Source of the DNA: Monocercomonoides exilis PA203
Taxonomy: Eukaryota > Protista > Preaxostyla
Reading direction: 5' to 3'
DNA: 64,000 bases
Assembly: GCA_001643675.2 (NCBI GenBank)
Contig: LSRY02000041.1
Span: 1-64,000 of the forward strand
Below are positions 49,320 to 63,200 of the stretch, piece by piece. Position numbers and translations under genes: made by a program. Within the stretch, counting starts at the first letter, position 1; every line of letters starts with the position of its first letter. Under the pieces are notes generated by a model, which searched no databases, had not been told where the DNA came from, and saw only the letters and a list, made by a program, of their open reading frames with translations.

Positions 49320-51420
49320 CCTTTGGAACTTTAAAAGTTATTTGATCTTTGTTTTGAAAACGTTAATTTTGAATGATTGATCGATAACTTTATAAAAAAA
49401 CTCGATAACATGCACATATGCATTCGATCAAAATTCAATGTTTCAAAATGAATTGATTTGATTGTTCAACATTCTAAATAAATATAAGTGAAATTTTTGT
49501 AAAAGAACATTTATAATTTTCTAAATAAAATTGTACATATTTTTATGAATTGTTTTCAAGGAAACTGAAAAGAGATAATCGACAATTTAAAAACTTAAGA
49601 TTGAATCATATTTCTCGAAATATTCAAATGTGGTTATTCGTTTTTTGATATGTTTTATTTCTAACGAAAGAAATTGAAATGTTCAAAATTTTGTGCATAT
49701 AAAGTTTTCCTTGCACAGAGAATGCTAATAGAAAAATCAACATATTCAAATTGATTACTGTCAAACTTTGAAACATTCAAAAGTATGTTTTTTTCACAAT
49801 AAAAACAATCTCGTATGTTTTATCGTGTCAAGAGTGGAATTCTCAAGTTCGAATAAAATATTAATCAAATATCTAAATTAAACAATGATAAGACCTGCAG
49901 CTCTTGTTCATTTGAAATAAACAAATTGGTACTAAAATCTTTCAAAGATTTGTTTTTGCAGTTAGAAAGAATATGAAGAATTTAATGACTATTCATGAAA
50001 AAGTCGAAATAAAAGTCAAATATTCTTCAGAACAATTATCTTAGAAGAGTTTTCATTCAGTTGAGCTGTATTACATAAAGATTGATTTTCAATTATTGCA
50101 ACTAAACATTTCAAGTGAAAAAGATGATTATGAAAATTTTTAATTAAGGGATTGATCACAAATAATTTTTTGATGAAATTTATGTTGAAATATCATAAAA
50201 CTGCTCCACCCAAAAGTGTTGTTTTTAAATGTTATTTATGATAATTTTGTTGAAATTAAGAAAATCATAAAACTGAAGCAGGCGTTTTTTTACACTTATG
50301 CCAGAAAAAGGTGTAAATAATATTGGCTTTGTTTATATGACAGTTTTACTCAAAAATGGTGAGGTGTGAAATCTATAGAAAAAAAAGAGTTCTCATTGTT
50401 TAAAAATAACCAAAAATATAAAAAAGAAAAGTTTAATAGCAACATCAACAAGAAAAACTATCAAATTCAAAAGCTCGTGGAAATACGAGCATGTCTTTGA
50501 TCGCATTTGTAAAATAAAAATTTCAAGATCTTTTTAGTAAAATGGTAAAAGCAAAAAAATATTCTCGGAAATAGTAAATAATGATGTTTTAAAGGTTTAT
50601 GTTTATTTTTCTTTATTTGCAAATGCTTAAAAAACCAGAAAATTTTAGGTACCAATAAAAAAAATAGGTACCAATAAAAATATGACCCTAATCAAACAGT
50701 TCAATTTGCTCTGGTTCATCAGAATTCTCCTTTTCAAGTCTTTCAAAGCATCTGCAGACAACATCTTCGAATCCTTCTTCCTCAAGCGCTTCGAATATCT
50801 TTTTTCTCTCCTTTTTTCTTTTTCCAATGTCAAATTCTTTTCCTCTTTTCTCGACGTTGTACAATGAGTAAAATACACGTAACAAGGTAAAAAACCCGGA
50901 ATTTTTATTAAAATTCATATATCTCGACAAGTTTCAAAAATAAAATTATAATAATTCACACATTCATGCATCAGTTTATAACACATCTAACCATATTGAA
51001 ATTTTTATTTGTTGTGCTGTATTTATGAAGAAATAAATAATTTTTATTTTTGAAAATTTGACTTTTAATAATTTTTTTTGTTTCAACAAAACGATTCAGT
51101 TCATCTTTTATGCATGTAACATATTTTTTCTATGCAATAAACAATTCTGGTTATTTTTTATTTTCTGCAATTTGCTCTTTACAACGGAATGAAAATCTGC
51201 CATTTTTGAAAATTCATTACCAATGGGATAACTTAAAAAATATTTTTGGCTAAACACAAAAACATCCAAGTGAATTTAACACATTCATTAATTAATACTA
51301 TAGTAATATAAAATTTCTTTATTGATGAAATGTGAAATGATTCAGTGAAGATACCAATAAATATATATTATTTGTTTTTCAATGATAATGATCATAAAAA
51401 ATCATCAATTATAAAAACTA

Positions 51421-54400
51421 CAGATTGTGCAAAAAATACCGGACATAGCAAAAAATACCTGACAAAAATAAAAAATAAGGTTTGATCAAAAAGAGTAAAT
51501 ACAAAATAATTACAAATATATTCTCATTTGAATTTTTAATACAGTATTTTTGTTGTTATTCATGATTGAGAAAAAATAACATCTTTTATTATTTATGGGA
51601 CATTTTTCTGAACAGAAATATCATTTCTTAAAATTTTGCAAACAAATGGAGTTAAAAACTTCCAAAATTATTGTTTGATGAGATAAAACTTCGAACAAAT
51701 AACGTACGATTCAAAAAAAGGAAGAAACGGTTTCTATTTTTGATTTATATTCAAAATAAAATAATTCTTTATCTTCGTGCACTGAAAATCGAATCACGTG
51801 GAGAATTAATAATAACATATGAACAGTAAGTTTTCTTGGAGCATAGTATAGATACAGGCATCAAATGATTTGTCACATATTTGATCGTTCTTTTTCTATG
51901 AATCAACAAACGTGAATGGAAGTGCACTATTTTGACTTGTTACTATTGTGACTTACTAGTTCATTCAAACGCTATTCATCTGAAAATGTATCTATTCCTT
52001 TGTGGAAAATCTTTTTTATCAGATAAAATACTGTTTATTCATAAAATTGTTGTGGAGTTTAATGGAAATTATTGAAACAATCAATTTTATGTTTAAGTGA
52101 CATTCACATTTGTTTTCCTTTTTTTGCAAAAATATTTGTTTTGTTAACCTTTAATTTACGCTTTCAAAATTGAATACTCTTTTGTTAATTGAAGCAATGT
52201 CAATTCATTTTTCTTGAAAAATATTACACGATTGCACAATGAATATAGAAAATAATAACTTTTCCATCAAAATTAATTAAAAAGAGGTTGAAGCATCAGT
52301 TTCCAATTCAAAGAAAAATCCTAATATTCAAATAAACTATTTTTCCTATTTATTCCAAAAATAAGATAAAATATTTTACATAATTCAGAAAAATAAAAAT
52401 AATAGTGAAAAAGAACAAAGATAAAAATACAAGATGCATATAAAATTATCTTTCTTCATAAACAAATAATTGTTGAATAATATGGATAATCCTCCTGTTT
52501 CTCGATAACTTTGTCAAATGATTTTCTTCAGTCAACATTATAATCATTACTGGAATTGAATCCACTTCTTATTCAAACCTCTCTGACTTTTCTTCTCTTT
52601 TTTCCACCCTTTTCATCATCACGCTACCCTTTGCCTCGTCTGCCCTCTTCCAACAGACACAGGGCTCCCTCACAGTCTCTGCCCTCGCACTCGCCCACAA
52701 CTCCACAAATCAAATCACCCCCATCCTCTTCCACCTCTCCGAAAACTCCCCTTCCCTCAACCTCAACACAACCACCATCACCGGAACAACCTCCATAACA
52801 ATAAAAACTCCCCTCTTCTTCCTCACTGCTGGCTCCCTCGCCCTTAACCACACAGCAATCACCAGTCTCGCCCTCAACAGCCAAAGCATCTTCCACCTCA
52901 CCTCCCTCACCGCTCCCCTCACCCTCAACTCCTCCAACATCACCGACATCACCTCCATAGCCTCACCCGCCAGCTGTGTCCTCTCCTCTGCCACCTCCCC
53001 TGCCCTCTCCATCTCCCTCGCCAACTGCACCATCACCAACATCAACTCAGAACAGTTGAGCCAACAGACTGCCACAGATGGCGGGTGCATCTCATTCGCC
53101 TCATCTACCCCTTCCAACTCGTTTTCAGTGAACAACACCATATTCAGAGGTTGCTGTTTGTTTTAGGATGAGAATGAAGGTTCAATCCGATACAATTGAG
53201 TAAGAAGAATATAATTCTTATGAAAGTTCCTTGAAAAATGTGCGACGAAATCATTATTGATTACTGGAATAATGCTTTTTAATATTTTTGTTCCAAAGAA
53301 TTTTATTAGAGAAATCACTTCGATGGTTGAATCAAGCACTCAAAATGGCGAACTGCATACGATGAACTGCGTAATAAATGTGATTGAATAGAAGCGAAGA
53401 ACAATATAATTTTCCTCAATTGCATCGACAGGGAAGATGTTTGAACAGAAATTAGTGACGATTTTCGAAGAAAAATCATCAGTCTCATTGTTTTCGTTTT
53501 CGCATTCGTCAGAATGTGAATCAATGAAAAAAGAATGAGAACACAGAACAAAGGAGTAAATTGATTTGTGAAATGATTTTTGTTAGATGGAAAACTTTAC
53601 AAAAAATTTAAAAGTTTTGTAAAGATAAATCATTTGCAACCATTCAAAAGCTCATATTAATTAACTTCAACATTTGGTCAACAAAATTATTGGTTATTAA
53701 CTTCAAGACATGGTGATTAATCTTAAAAAAAGCACTATTAGATGAGGAATTCTCCAAATAATTAATTACACATCTTAATATAAGGTTTATGGATTTGCTG
53801 ATCTCAATGAATCAAAAAGCAATTTTTTTATATTTTCTTTCATTTATTCGTTATCACAAAAGTTCTTTTAAAAAATGAAGGAAAATATTGAAGCATTGCA
53901 AAATGGATTGTCTGGAAGTATTTTTTGTTTCTATTTATCAATCATGATGGCTTTGTATGTTTTCTTTTTTGCTTGAATACAATTACTTCTGATAAATGAA
54001 AGTTTTGATCTTTGAATCATTCTATCATCCTAACAATGTTTATTTTAATGTTTGAGTTACATCTTTTTTTTTCCGTTTATTTCATCACCGTTGTTTTTTG
54101 TTTTTGAACTTGTTTGATTTCTATGTGATCGCTAATTTTTGTGTTGCGTATAATGAAAAATATCGCAAATTTTCATGATTTTGTTGTCTTTGAAGATTTA
54201 ATCCTAATATTTTTGAATGTTTTTTCATTGATATTCCTCTTATATTGTTTTTTTTAATAGTTGAAATGTTACCAGTTAAGTGGTTTTTTGATTTCGGAAC
54301 AAATTTTGAATTTGAACATTTTTTGAAAAATATATCGTCTTTCATATGTTTATTTTTTTTTTTTTTTTCATCACGTATATGTTTCATTTCGTTCTCAAAA

Positions 54401-54712
54401 TAAAACATTTTTGTTGTTTTCGTTATATTTTAATGCATATAAAATAATTTTGTAACATTTTCAGAAAAATAATACAAAGAAAATGCAATATAAATATGAA
54501 TTAATGGAAAAAAAGAATAAAAATATTAATAAATTGCTTTATGGGTTTTATTCAAAAGTTTGAAAAACAGAAATGTGGATAGAAATAATTATCAGCTCAA
54601 TTTATACACTCAGACATATGCGCATTTCATCGAAATAAAAAATTCACAAAACCCATTATAGTTAATGTTGTCCGGTATTTTTTGCGATGTCCGGTATTTT
54701 ATACACAATCTA
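51421..54712. mobile_element. Nested TIR element with TA flanks (Tc1/mariner-like ends), non-autonomous
   Basis: TA|CAGATTGTGCAAAAAATACCGGACATAGCAAAAAATACC ... GGTATTTTTTGCGATGTCCGGTATTTTATACACAATCTA|TA. Confidence 0.75.
52570..53160 (+). pseudogene. Captured, C-rich fragment of a surface-protein-like gene
   Basis: A composition island within AT-rich DNA. The + frame reads ...SISLANCTITNI...TATDGGCISF...NNTIFRGC, typical of the beta-helix family. Confidence 0.55.
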
Positions 54713-55219
54713 TAATTACATTTTTGAAATGAATATAGAATTATTAGAAATTTCAACTATGTAGTAATTTTATATAACTATCATATTTATTATTGCATGT
54801 GTTGAATTCACATGTATGCTTATGAGTTTGGAAAAAAATATTTTTGTAGTTATCCCATTGACTGTGAATTTTTGAAAATGACAGATTTTCATTCCGTTGT
54901 AAAGAGCAAATTGCAGAAAATAAAAAATAACCAGAATTGTTTATTGCATAGAAAAAATATGTTACATGCATAAAAGATGAACTGAATCGTTTTGTTGAAA
55001 CAAAAAAAATTATTAAAAGTCAAATTTTCAAAAATAAAAATTATTTATTTCTTCATAAATACAGCACAACAAATAAAAATTTCAATATGGTTAGATGTGT
55101 TATAAACTGATGCATGAATGTGTGAATTATTATAATTTTATTTTTGAAACTTGTCGAGATATATGAATTTTAATAAAAATTCCGGGTTTTTTACCTTGTT
55201 ACGTGTATTTTTCTCATTG

Positions 55220-56509
55220 CAATCTTCTTCTTCTTCTTTGCTCATCTTTTCACACAGCTTGTTTGAAAGTGTTCGAAAAAAGTTCAAAGTGTCACAAATT
55301 GAATAGTTGCCAAATGTCTGCATGAAGAAATCATCCAAAAACATATTTACAGCTCCACAACTCAGTAAGTCACTGACTGTCAACTTCTCATCTTCCGCAA
55401 TCAAATGAATTGTTACCTGGCATCTTAATGCAATCTCGCTGCAATTGTTCTTAGCTTCATAATACACGCCAGCAATGCATTCAATTAATTTTTGACTTTG
55501 ATCTCTCTGAAAACTGTTTGCTAAGCAGAAGTTATTTAACAAGCCCAACCATCCCTTCATTACCCACACTTCCATCATTTTATTCCCCTCTTCTTTTCTC
55601 TTCCATTCATCGCTTCTTTTCAGCTCTTCCAGTTCTCTTTTCGCTTCTCCCACTAAATGTAGCTCATTCACAATTGTGTCTTCAAGTTCTTTTTCTTTTA
55701 GAATCCTGTTAATCAAAAATCTCCAAGCCGACAGATATGCCAGTCGTGTCAGATTGCGATGCTTTTGATTATAGCATATTATTTCTTTTATCTCATTCAA
55801 ATACAATTCTTTCTTCAGGTGCTTTAGAAATCAACAAAGATATGGAAAAAATAACAATTTCATCAGATTAGGAATGGAACCACTCATACTGAACATTCGC
55901 TTGCATTACTCAAAGCATGAAAGGCAACCTCCACATCTTTTTTGTTTTTCTCTTTTTCCTCCCTTTGCGACACAACTTTCAAAAGCTGAGACAAGCAGAT
56001 TTGAAGAACTCTGTTTGGCAAATTGGAATAATAGCTATGCAGCATCAGATAGCATTCGCAAAGATCGATCATCACATTTTCATTCTTTCCTTCTTTCACC
56101 TTTTTATTCTCATTACAAATCATCTTTTCGAATCCTGTGCATAGCGAAGAAGGTTCAAAAGATAGTGTTGAAATTCTTTTCGGCACTTTCCAATGTCCAG
56201 CATGCTTCAACAACAGATGAATATTGCTCAAAGACAACTTCTTTTCTTCAAACATTCCATTCAATTCATCGAAGGTCTTTGTTTTGAAAACAACTTTCAT
56301 GGTGTATTCGTCCATTTCATTCACAATTCTATTCATTTCTTCGATTTTCTGTTTTTGTTCTTCATCATTGCAATAATCAAGCTCAAAAAACAGTTCTTCA
56401 ATAAATTACATAAAATTACATTACAGTGTTCAATCAAAAAAAGAACAAAACAAACTTGTGATTTTTTGTTCATTTCCAATCCTTTGTGAAATCTTATTTA
56501 ACTGTTCAT
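55220..56509 (-). pseudogene. Lineage-specific multicopy protein, paralogue C, split by insertion (3' end at about 50691-50860)
   Basis: KKDVEVAFHALS and RNLTRLAYLSAWRFL motifs. The ORF runs into the inverted-repeat arm. Confidence 0.72.
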
Positions 56510-57240
56510 TTTAAATTTCCGAGTGGAATTGACCAATAAATTGGAAAATCGAACACATGTTTGGATGAAGTTTTTATTTGTGATTCATAAATAGAATTAA
56601 AATAAATGTATCACCTGTTGCATTGAATATGAAATTCTTTTTTTCTATTATTAAAATTAAACTTAAAAAAATGGGAGAGTGAAAAGAATTGGGACAAAAT
56701 ATTTTGCTTTATGAATTTTGTTCCATTCTTCTCTAACAAATATTTTTCTCAATTTTTGAATTTTTTTGTGATTATTTGCAAAGTTGCGGTTGATTTATAA
56801 TGAAATTATTGTTGAAAAAGTTTGGAACAAATCTCAGTTTTTTTCATAAAAGCGAAAATTTTGTCCCAATTGGCTGATAGTTTTTGAAATCATACACCAT
56901 TTATTATTCAAAATTGGTCAACTCAGTATTCAAAAATGTTAAACTTTTTATTAGAAATTAATAAACTTATTATTCGAAATTAATAAAATTCAGTATTTTT
57001 TAAAAAAAATTTTTTGATAAAATATGATCACTGGCCGAGTGTCAGAAAGTTATTTAAATGTTTTGTTTTTTCATTATTCTTATAAAAGGATGAAAAATTG
57101 AACCCAGATTTTTATTAATTGTGATTAAATTTGAAATTTTTTGATTTTTCAGAAAATAATCATCACCATGGAAATCGGATAATTTTCAAATGAAAAAACC
57201 TAACATTGCTTGACAAAACATCATTCAATCAAAATATTAA

Positions 57241-57520
57241 CAGTTTGCGCAAAAAATGCTGGACATTGCTCAAAATACCGGACAAGATCGTTTTCACAAT
57301 AACTGCAAGAGGAACAATTCTGACTATTTTGCTCAAAACATATCTCATCAGTACAATTAGTTAATAAACGTGGAAGTTTTAAAAGTCTTGTTTATCAACT
57401 TTGTTTGTGCTGATGAGATATATTTTGAGTAAAATAGTCAGAATTGTTCCTCTTGCAGTTATTGTGAAAACGATCTTGTCCGGTATTTTGAGCAATGTCA
57501 GGTATTTAATGCGATACCTG
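57241..57520. mobile_element. 280-bp foldback MITE related to the 51421-54712 TIR family
   Basis: 57262-57356 is approximately the reverse complement of 57405-57499. It shares the AAAATACCGGACA subterminal motif and CAG...CTG ends. Confidence 0.78.
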
Positions 57521-58182
57521 AAATAAATTATTAGTTGCATAATAATCAGAAATTCTCTAAAATCCATTTGCAGAAAAAAGATTTGAAAAATTAAATAAAA
57601 ATGATTATAAGAAGAATAATAATTATTAAAAAGCTGGATTATTTTTGGTGCATTTCATATTGAAAACACAAACAGATCAAACAATGAGATAAATCATTAC
57701 TTAACAAATTTCAACATTTGAAACAAATTATTTTGTTTTATTAAGTGCGTACCATTCAACTATTTCCTATTATGATCTCAATTTTTTTTTTCTAAGTTTT
57801 TTCTCTTTTTTAAAATACAAAAAATTTGGTTCATTTCGTATAAAAAGATACTTTTTTTTTTAAAAAAAAATTATTGTTTCAAAGAATGGTTATTCCTTTA
57901 TTGAAAAATTGGAATTGAAATACAATAGAAAGTTAATCTTTAAAATACAGAACAATATCAGAAAGAATGAATATGTTCTGGTGAAAATGACAGAAAAGAA
58001 GGTGCTTTCAACAGGAGTTTCTTTTATCAAAGAAACAAAAATACCGTTAAAATAAAAATTGATCAAACTAATAGATTTTGACTTTCCTTTTATCACAGCT
58101 TTATTCCCCATCAATCCGTTAATATGTAAATCTCAAAAATTTAAATTTACAAAGCACAATAACATTATTATATTCTTTTTAT

Positions 58183-59970
58183 TTATTCCTTGAAACCTTC
58201 AGGATATATTGGAGCCAATCCCGATTGGAAGTGCCTCAATTTCAGATTCTTTCCTCTAGTGATCACAACTTTTGGTATTGTATGTCTTTCTCTGTACAAC
58301 AATCCCATTGCCTTTGCTGTGTAAGTGATATGCTCTTCCGAAAGTGTGTTTCTGGTAACGGCAAGACGAACAAGATTGACAATTCCTTTTCTCTCTTCCT
58401 CTGTCTTCAGATCCCATTCAAATGCAAATGCACCCAATTCGCATGCTCTTATTCCAAACCTGCGGATCATTTCAATTGTCAGCCCAACACCTGCAAAGTC
58501 CTCAATTGGCATCATTGGCTTTCCATCCTCTGTGGTGAAGAACTTGTTAACATCAATGAAAGCAGCATGACCTCCTGGTGGAAGAATAACAGGAACACCT
58601 TCATCGTGCATCTTCATCACAAGTGACTGAACTTGGGCAATTCTGTGCTCCAAATAAGGCAGACGTGTTGTCTGATACAAGCCTGTTGCAAGTGCCATGA
58701 TATCTCTGCCTGACATAGCTCCATAAGAATCATTTCCGTACATCAAAATTTGTTTCTCCTTCATTCTCACACCCAGATCTCTCTCTGGTGATGTATACTT
58801 TTGATAGAACATTCCCTGATCGCGGAACGTCAGAATACCACCCATGTTGCACAATCCATCCTTCTTTGCAGAAAGGGTGAATCCATCACAATACGAAAAC
58901 ATCTCTTTCACAATCTCAGGAATGGACTTTGTTGAATAACCCTCTTCATATTTGTAGATGAAAAATGCATTCTCAGCAAAACGTGCAGCATCATACCAAA
59001 GTGGAATTCCGTACTTCTTAGAAATGGCTGAACATTCCTTCATGCATTTCATGGAAACAGGTTGACCGGCTCCAGTATTATTTGTGATTGTAAGAAGAAT
59101 CAATGGCACATTGGCAGGTCCTTCTTTTTCGATCAATTCAACAAGACGGTTCAAGTCAATATCTCCTTTGAATGTGTTCTTCTTTCCAACATCCTTAGGA
59201 TCAAATGGATCGTTGAAGTTTGGTGCAAATAAGTTAACTGGCTGAATTTTATTATTTCTGGCATGAGCCTCAGTTGTATCAAACCAACCATTTGAAGGAA
59301 TCACAAAACGAGTATCTTTTCCTTCGGATCTTTCTGTGAGAATTTCTCGAAGTGTGCTGTAAAGAATGTTTTCTGCACATCTTCCTTGTGGGGTAATGAA
59401 GAAATTCGGACTTAAAAATGAAAAAATTTTCATATATAAAAAATTCTAAAAATCAAAAATGTTGTTACAAACTGTTCAAGCTGATATTTGCCAGAATTAA
59501 CAAATCCTCCTCTTTTGTCCTCTTCCGTTGGAGGTAACCAAGTATCATTTGGCTGATCAATAATAACTTTCTCAACAAGACGTTTCTGATCATCTCCTCG
59601 TTCAAAGATATCGCGAACAGCATCTTGAAGAGCATAGTAACCATGATTTCTTCCGTAAGCTTAAATTTTAATAGAAGCATGACATTAATGCAATAAACAA
59701 GAACAAAAGTGAAAATATATGGTAGTAAAATTTCAAACATTCATCAGCTCTAAACATTGCTGCCCACTGAACGTCTGTCATGGCAGATGAACCACTATCA
59801 GACAAATAGTCAACAATCAGCATTCCAGCAGGGAAGGAGAATGGATTGTATTCTGTCCGTTTAAGCATTTCCCCTCTTTGCTCAGGAGTAGTGCAATGTG
59901 TTCCTCTTACAACAACGCTAGTAAATGCGGGTACTGGACATCCAACATCTCCACGAATAGCTTTCTCCAT
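58183..59970 (-). CDS. tnaA: Tryptophanase / tyrosine phenol-lyase family PLP beta-eliminating lyase; join(59970..59739,59659..59473,59410..58183)
   Basis: Motifs DYLSDSG, DESYG (across a splice junction), QGRCAE, FKGDID, TITNNTGAGQPVS, DAARFAENA, the PLP-lysine motif SAKKDG, GGHA and LRHF. Two GTTTG..AAG introns restore the frame. Confidence 0.92.
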
Positions 59971-60234
59971 TTTGTTACAAACGATCAAATTTGATCTCAT
60001 ATATAACTCACATGATCATAAGGAAATAGTGAAACATTATGAGAAAGTATTTTTTGTATTTAATGAACTAAAATTAAAATATTGCAACATTTGCTATCGT
60101 AATCAGAACATATTGTTAACCTTAATTATTATTAAAAAGAAAAATACCAAAATTTTGCAAAATTGAGATCATTAAGATATATTTGCTTGAAATATCCGAT
60201 TGGGAAATCTAATAAAATTTAATACATTGAACAG

Positions 60235-63200
60235 ATGGGGGCAAGCGACTCAAGAGTTGCAGATACTGATGATTATCGCTCATCTTCTTTTGATGGAAAT
60301 ATTCTTCAAAAAGATTATAAATCCGATATTTTCCAAAAGAAAATCTCTTCGAAAGTTACAAATATATCTCCAAAATTAGCAGCTTATCGAAAAAAGTTTA
60401 TAAAAGATAGATTTCCAAAATATATTGATACTGTTGTTTCAGAGAATATTTACATAAATTACATCCGTTTGCGAGAAAGAGCATATAACAAAGAAAAAAC
60501 AAAACAATACTATGGAGAGAAGGACCCACCAAAAAATCTTTTACAACTGGCATTGCCTCAACAAAGATTCATTTATTTCATGGAACTTATTAATCTCACA
60601 ACAAATTGCAAATATCTTTTTCAGAGTTCACAAATTAGAGTTTGCAAAGCACATCTTTTATATCAAAATTAATTCTTCTTTTTATTTTTCTTTCTTTCTT
60701 TCTTTCTTTTCCCCCCGTTTTTAATTATTATCAACTTTCCTTTTTTTAAAAATAAATATGTGAAACATTTCTGTTATTTCACAGAGATTTCTGAATTCTC
60801 TGATGCCTATTTATCCAGAAATATATGAAAAGGCAGCAGTTATTTTTTATAGACTGTTAACTGCTGATATTTCAAGAACTTTAACAGAGTCATATGCAAA
60901 ACCAATTGTGATGCTATTTCCGCCACTTGTGAAAGAACTATTTCGACTTCAAAGCTTCTTTTTTGAACCAAAAATCGAACGGGTTTGATTGCTTTTATTT
61001 GCAAAAAATCATTTATTCACTTTTACTGCATTTTTTCCCCCAATGATCTTTTTTTCCCAACAGTCACTTGAACTGCCCGTAACAGCGTATTTTGTTCCTC
61101 TGCGGAGAATTGTGCTGGCTAATCTGAATTATGTGTTTGTCCGCTCTTTCCTGCGCATCATCCGCAACGAAAATCTCAACTCTGATGATCTCAACCACAA
61201 GCTGAATGAATCATTTTCTTTGACTTTCTCCCCAACAAAGCAGCAGAAACTCAGAATCCAGCAGAATTCTTCATTCAGTTCGCAACACTCTTCCTCTGCC
61301 ACCTCAAAACAAAAGACTTCTCTTTCTCCTTCTCCTTCTTCCTCTTCCTCTTCCTCTCACCGCCCTTCCCCCATCCCATCAGTTGTTGAAGAAGAGCATT
61401 CTTCTCTGTTGGATGGCATCGATGTGGATGCTCTCCTCAGCCAGCCAAAAGACACTGCCAGCAACAAAACAGCAGACGAAGCAATTGACGACGGCTTTGA
61501 GCTCACTTCACTCACATCACCTGAAACAACTCCATTGAACTCTGCTTCTTCCTCTTCCTCTTCTTCCTCTTCTTCTTCTCAATTCCCTTCCGTCTCTCTT
61601 CCTCTCCCGCCCTCCCGCCACATCGCCCCATCCCTCCGCTTCCTCTCCGACTTCCTCCTCTCCTTCCTCCACTCCCTCTTCTTCCTCCCCCACACCTCCC
61701 TCGCAGATGTGCTGAACACTGCTGAATGCTTCTCCCACGCCCTCCTCCGCACCCTCAGAAGATATATGCTCTACTTAAGAGACCCCTTAGACAGACAAGG
61801 ATGGGCCAATGCAAGTGGAGTGGAGGTGAGAGAGAGAGAGAGAAAGAGGCCGGTTTATGACAAAGACAGAGACAAAGAGAAGAGCTTAGCTGAGCTGGTG
61901 GGTGAGTTGGATGTGGTTGAGAGTGAAGAGATGAGAGAGAGGGAGAAGTGGGTGGGGAAGATGGTGGCTGAATTGAGGGAGAAAGTGATGAAGGAGAGGG
62001 AGAGGGAGAAGGAGAAACAGAAGAGAATGAACTTATCATCGCTGCCATCATCATCATATACCTCTTCTCCTATTTGTTTGGTTGTGAATGAGAGTGACAA
62101 TGCTGCTGATGTGTGTGAAGATCACGAAGAGCGCAAAAGAAAGCGATGGCTTCATTTCCCTCCACATCCATCCAACAAAACATTATCTTCTTCCTCCTCT
62201 TTATCTTCTTCCTCTTCCTCCATCTTCTCTCTCCCCTCATCCTATTCTGAGATGGTTGCTGAGCTGACAAGTGATGCTCCTCTCTGCATCGCCTTTGCCC
62301 ATTCGCTTCCTTTGCGCCTGAACACTCTCCTCCACACAGCACGGTTTGTGCACATCACATTCAAAAGAATGTCATTTTATGTCTCTGAATTCGTGAGGAA
62401 AAGGATGGGAATACAAAATATGCACAATTCATCATCATCATCATCATCATCATCTTCTTCTTCTTCTTCTTCTTCTTCTTCCTCCTCTTCTTCTATTTCT
62501 TCTTCTTCCTCTTCCTTCTTCCCCTCCATCGCTCTCCTTCCGAACAGTCGCTTCTCCTCTCTTTTGGATGAGTCGATGTCTTTCCTCTTTCACATCGGCA
62601 GCTGTTCTGTTGTGAATGCGATGATGTCACCTGTCTTTATGAAGATATACTCAGCTGACACTCAAAACAACAGAACTCAAAATAACATTAGTTCTTCTTC
62701 TTCTGCTGCTGCTGCTTCTTCTCTGATGAAAAGAAGAGCGAGTCAAAGTTCTTTCAGTGAATATGGCAGAGGAGGAGAAGGAAGAAGAAGAAAAAGAACT
62801 TTGTGTTCTCTATCTTCTGATGCAGAAGGAGAAGCACTTGAAGGAGAAGAATATTCAGAAGAAGAAGAAGATGATGATGATGAAGTTGTTGTTGAAGGAG
62901 AAGAAGGAAGTTACATTCAAATGAGTGGAAGAAGCAGCAGAGACAGCATCAACTTCAACAGCTACACAAACATCAGATCAAACTTCATCGATGCTCCAAT
63001 GGGGAAGATGCCTTCTGGCTCTCTTGCTTCCTTTCTTCCTTCTTCTTCTTCTTCTTCTTTCTCCTCCTCCTCCGCCTCCTCCGCCTCCTCTTCTCCTTTT
63101 CCTTCTCCTTTTCCTTCTCCTTTTCCTTCTCCTCTTCCTTCTCCATCTTCTTCTTCTTCTTCTCCTTCTTCCATATCATCTCCTCTTTTCGCTTTTTCCT

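Larger units (their letters stand above)
42346..50688. mobile_element. About 8.3-kb element bounded by long inverted repeats (GGGTCATATTTTTATTGGTACC...)
   Basis: 42346-43101 is the reverse complement of 50132-50688, except for about 200 extra bp in the left arm (about 42732-42930). Both ends are flanked by TA. It contains a transposase and gene fragments. Confidence 0.8.
50862..55219. mobile_element. About 4.35-kb element with about 370-bp inverted repeats, interrupting paralogue C
   Basis: 50862-51232 is approximately the reverse complement of 54848-55219 (CAATGAGWAAAATACACGTAACAAGG...). Paralogue C breaks at about 55220 and its C-terminus (LEEEGFED) resumes at about 50860. Confidence 0.82.
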
